From: Tricharina praecox
Taxonomy: Eukaryota
Direction: 5' to 3'
NCBI RefSeq assembly: GCF_024521635.1
Contig: NW_026250406.1
Coordinates: 620,001 to 684,000, forward strand
Length of the DNA: 64,000 nucleotides
Every line of letters begins with the position of its first letter. Within the stretch, counting starts at the first letter, position 1. A program made the translations under genes and the position numbers. This document shows positions 60,314 through 64,000 of the stretch, in pieces. The notes under the pieces are model-generated. The model saw nothing but the letters and a program-made list of their open reading frames with translations. It was not told the DNA's origin and ran no database searches.

Positions 60314-63300
60314 CAATCCACCACGCCGTTACGCCGCACGATATTCCCCCAGTCCTCGCAGTACGCACACGCCAAGCGCTTCATCGTATACCACAGGCCC
60401 AACTGTTTCTCTACAGGACTCGACGTCTTCGATTTTTGGACTACTTTAACCAGGAGCAAGACAATGATTCGACTGTGCATTGATCGATGGCTGTAGCTTT
60501 ATGGGAGTATCAGCATACACGGCAAACGGCTATAATTCCATGATTCTTTTTCGACGTTTCAAACCCACCTCTCAAACAATGGTCTACCCGAGAGTCGAGG
60601 AGCATTAGCCATTCGCGCAGACGGCTGCACGGAGTTCTTCCGGGCACGGTTAATTTGCGCATCGGATACAAAACCCTCTTGCGATACGCCCTAGACAATG
60701 GCAAAAACAAATTTGTTCATATGGATCGATGAGAACCTGAAAGATGTATGGCGGCTACCCTACCCCTCACGGTGAATTGCCTCCATAAATTGATGATGCT
60801 AACGGTTTTTACTTGATCTAGCAAATCGAATTCGTCATCTGAACCGGAGATGCGGTGAGACACCCCATCGATATCAGGATCTCTCGTACCTCGGCGGAGA
60901 TCTCCGACCTCAGCGAGAGGACGGTTACGACACGCCATCGGAGCCCGGGTACGTCCAAATGGAATGGTGGAAAGTACAGCTCAACTACATGAGGCAAAGG
61001 GGGATGAAGGCCATCATTATTATCCATGTGCCGCCTGTATCGACCGACGCCAAGATGAACGCCTGGGACGAATGGTGAATTTCACTATTCTACACTATGA
61101 GACGGGGGACGCTTACTGTTTCCGAGTTGCTGGAGGAAGTACGTTCTTTGGGCCCGGCGATGCCGGGATTTCATCCTCGCACACTTACTTGTACGGACAC
61201 ACGAAACTCGATTCGCGACCACTGTATGTTACTCAACAGCGATACCCTGAAGCCGCCACATCTCCGATATAGGAGGGGGAAGGGGAAAGAAAAGGGAAAG
61301 GCAGCCGAAACGAGATAGGAGGAAAGGATAAGGGGAAAGAGAAGGGCCGGAAATCAAGCGCTTCGGCGGCAGCCGAAGTCTGTCCGACGGTCAAAGAATC
61401 CAATCTCGAAGACTACCCGAACCTTTCAACGTCGTTCTCAAAGCCTAAGGCAATCATTGAAGCAGTGCAGCTCGTATGGGGAATACGCGCTGCGCAAGGC
61501 AGTGGACCTACTACCTGGTGACTGGACTGTTAACTAGGTAGTCATCATTTACGAATCACAAGCGGAAGTTAGCTATCAAATAGTTCGCCGTGTTGAGCAT
61601 CATCCTCTGGGAGGGAGTAGGGGAGGACCGCGCGAAGCAGTATCGGCAGCTACTTGATATCACCTGTCGATTGAGGGCTGCAGATCCGAGCACCGCCTGT
61701 ACGTTTGTACGTGACCCTGTGGCCAAGCGATTCCAACGAATTTTCATCTGACCTTTCACGTGTTCCCTAGCTTTCGGCATTTGCGTGGGGTTATCGCAGT
61801 CGATCGCACATTCATGAAGGGGAGAATAGAGAGAGGTCTTATTAGGCACCTGTCAACCATCCGGCGGTGACCTACCGGTACCCAAAGAAATACAATCGAA
61901 AAAACTGTGGCATTTTAGACTACAGAGCCGAAAACTATAGCATTTCAGACTTTTGCCGTTCAATATATGATACGTTCTCTACGTTTCTCTATGAACACGC
62001 GACTGGATAGATGATAGCTGCAGAATGGATTGATATGCAGGTCGTTGACCTCAAAGTCTACAAAATGCCGACACCGCGCCCACGAAATCAAGCAACATTC
62101 TGTGCTTCCGTCCCAGGGTGATCCCACCGCGAACCCATTCATAGCCCTAAAGGTCGTCAGAAGCGTGTTCAGCGCAACACTCTGCTATGCCACGGTTCCA
62201 TCTCGAGGGAACGGCGGAAGATCCTCCGGGATTCGCCGAAACACGTGACATGGGCGGGTGACATCCTATGGAGCGCGGCTGGTCCTGCTCACAGCAGTTT
62301 ATCACTCAAATAGTTGGGGCGTGTATGATATGTATGAGATTCAGCCTATGTAGTTACGTCGCAGAAGAAAGATTACCCATGTTGTCACGGCGTCACGCCT
62401 TCGGTAGTGTCTTCATCTATGGTACAGAGGGAGCTGCCGCCTAACGGGCCCACGTCTCATTACCCACGCCAACTTACGGGGGTGGTGAGCACAAACTCCC
62501 TAGGCCGCATTCTAGACGCGATTTACGGCCGAGTTGAGGTGCAAAAAAAAAAAAAAAGCAAACTCCGCACGGCGCACACCCTGCATATTCGGAATTGTTG
62601 GCGGCTGACCTCTATGTATTCGGCTCTGGCGGGAAATTTACAGGGCCATTTTGGAACCGATGGCCGAGCTACATAAACCAGGACGCATGGACAGCTATGA
62701 CGCTCCAGACTCCAGTCGCGGTCTTGAACACCCCCGAAACTCCGATAACTCGGAGCTCTGGCATCTACTCTACATATAGCACTCATGAGTGATGAGGCAC
62801 GATTCATATTTGCACTTTCACCCGATGCTTGGCCGCTCCTCTCAAACTACACATCATGTACGGTGTACCCAGTGGCACCGGCAAAGTACAAGCGCTTCAA
62901 ACGTCATGCAGTGCAGAACTTTGGCGTTCCGAAACAACGAAAGGAGAACATTCAGGTAACGTCGTATAAGTAGTATTGAAATTTTCGGCATCCGCAAGTC
63001 TAACGTAGCAATATAAAATCAGAGAAAGAGGAATCCGTACATGCTGATGATCCTGTAAATTAAAAAAGCAAGGAGCAAACACCGCGTTCCAGCCCAAAAG
63101 AAATCATGAAAGCCAGAGAGACAGAACAGGTATAACCCATTATAAATTAAGTGTGAAGCGTGAAGTAAGTAGCCGGGTCTCTACGCAACGCTCCCCGATG
63201 TAGTGCAGTCGGCGATGCACGTGTAATAACCCCGTAGCCGTAATGAAGATACCCTCTAATGCGAACCTGTGACGCAGACGATGTCAGGGTATTTTTGTCG

Positions 63301-64000
63301 TCTGGAAGTAAGGGTCTGGTTACACACCATAGCTCATCTCTTCACTGGCCCCAAAGCAAAAGATGGTCTTGTCCTGTGGCCTCCGAGGCCGCTGCCTGGC
63401 CATTCTTATTGCGCGCGCCCGGCGGACATGCCGGATCGTCGTTCAGTCCCACGCATTTGAAATCCCACGATGGATTGCGCGTATGCGACGTCGAGTCGGT
63501 GCCCATCTGGATGGTTGATGGCTCGTACGAAACGGATACCGACATCGTCTGCGGTAATGACATCGCTCGCATCCGGTCTGCGCTCGGGGTATTGGTTGTG
63601 GTGGTATTTGTGGTTGTAGTGGTGGTGGAGGTGGTGGTGGAGGTGGAGGTGGTGGTGCTGGTCGTGGTTGCAGTTGTTGACATTAAGAGGAGAATAAAAG
63701 GTGTCGGATGGGTGGGCTTGGGGGTTTAAGTATCAAGGAGTGTGTGGGTTTTGACGAGGTCGAGATCGAGGGGGTGCGTGAATGCCTCAGCAACTTGTCG
63801 ATTGTCAGCTTCCCTTGCAGAAGTGAAGAGCGCGGTAAAGCATGGACCAAGTCTGCCGAGGACACAGATCTGAGGCGAAGACGGTCGGCGAGATTATGCA
63901 GTCTTAAAGGCCGTTCAGCAATGAGGAATGGTAGCAAAACGATTGTCCACTATTTGAAGCGAGCCGACACAGTGGCTGCATGCTGTTTCGGGAAAGGTGT

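Noticed and set aside
63342..63683. Thr-rich 113-aa ORF
   Set aside because: Largely a trinucleotide microsatellite translation followed by stops; no domain recognised.
1..64000. Most ORFs in the six-frame track
   Set aside because: The DNA is eukaryotic and intron-containing. Many ORFs start at GTG/TTG, overlap on both strands or translate low-complexity repeats.

Overview
Eukaryotic DNA from a filamentous ascomycete: short GT-AG introns with CTRAC/CTAAY branch sites and intron-containing tRNAs. The window is a gene-poor, repeat- and pseudogene-rich accessory region. Recognisable content is (1) a GFA/CENP-V (Mss4-like) gene and a short Atg29-like gene, (2) five intron-containing tRNA-Asn(GTT) genes and one atypical tRNA-Gly(CCC) within about 8.5 kb, (3) three hAT-type non-autonomous elements, a Ginger-like TGT...ACA element and Tad1-type LINE relics, and (4) a diverged 1.2-1.8 kb repeat unit in about six copies. 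Two things are not apparent from the ORF track. The first is a clustered family of small five-exon genes (41.4-46.0 kb, probable dead copy at 37.9 kb) with a 9-nt micro-exon, phase-1 introns, a basic N-terminus and one C-terminal TM helix with a P-x6-G-(L/F)-Y motif. The second is three orphan internal fragments of host genes (MFS transporter, GH10 xylanase, NAD-glutamate dehydrogenase), two of them between local direct repeats. All gene models and family calls were made by eye and from recalled motifs, with no database search.
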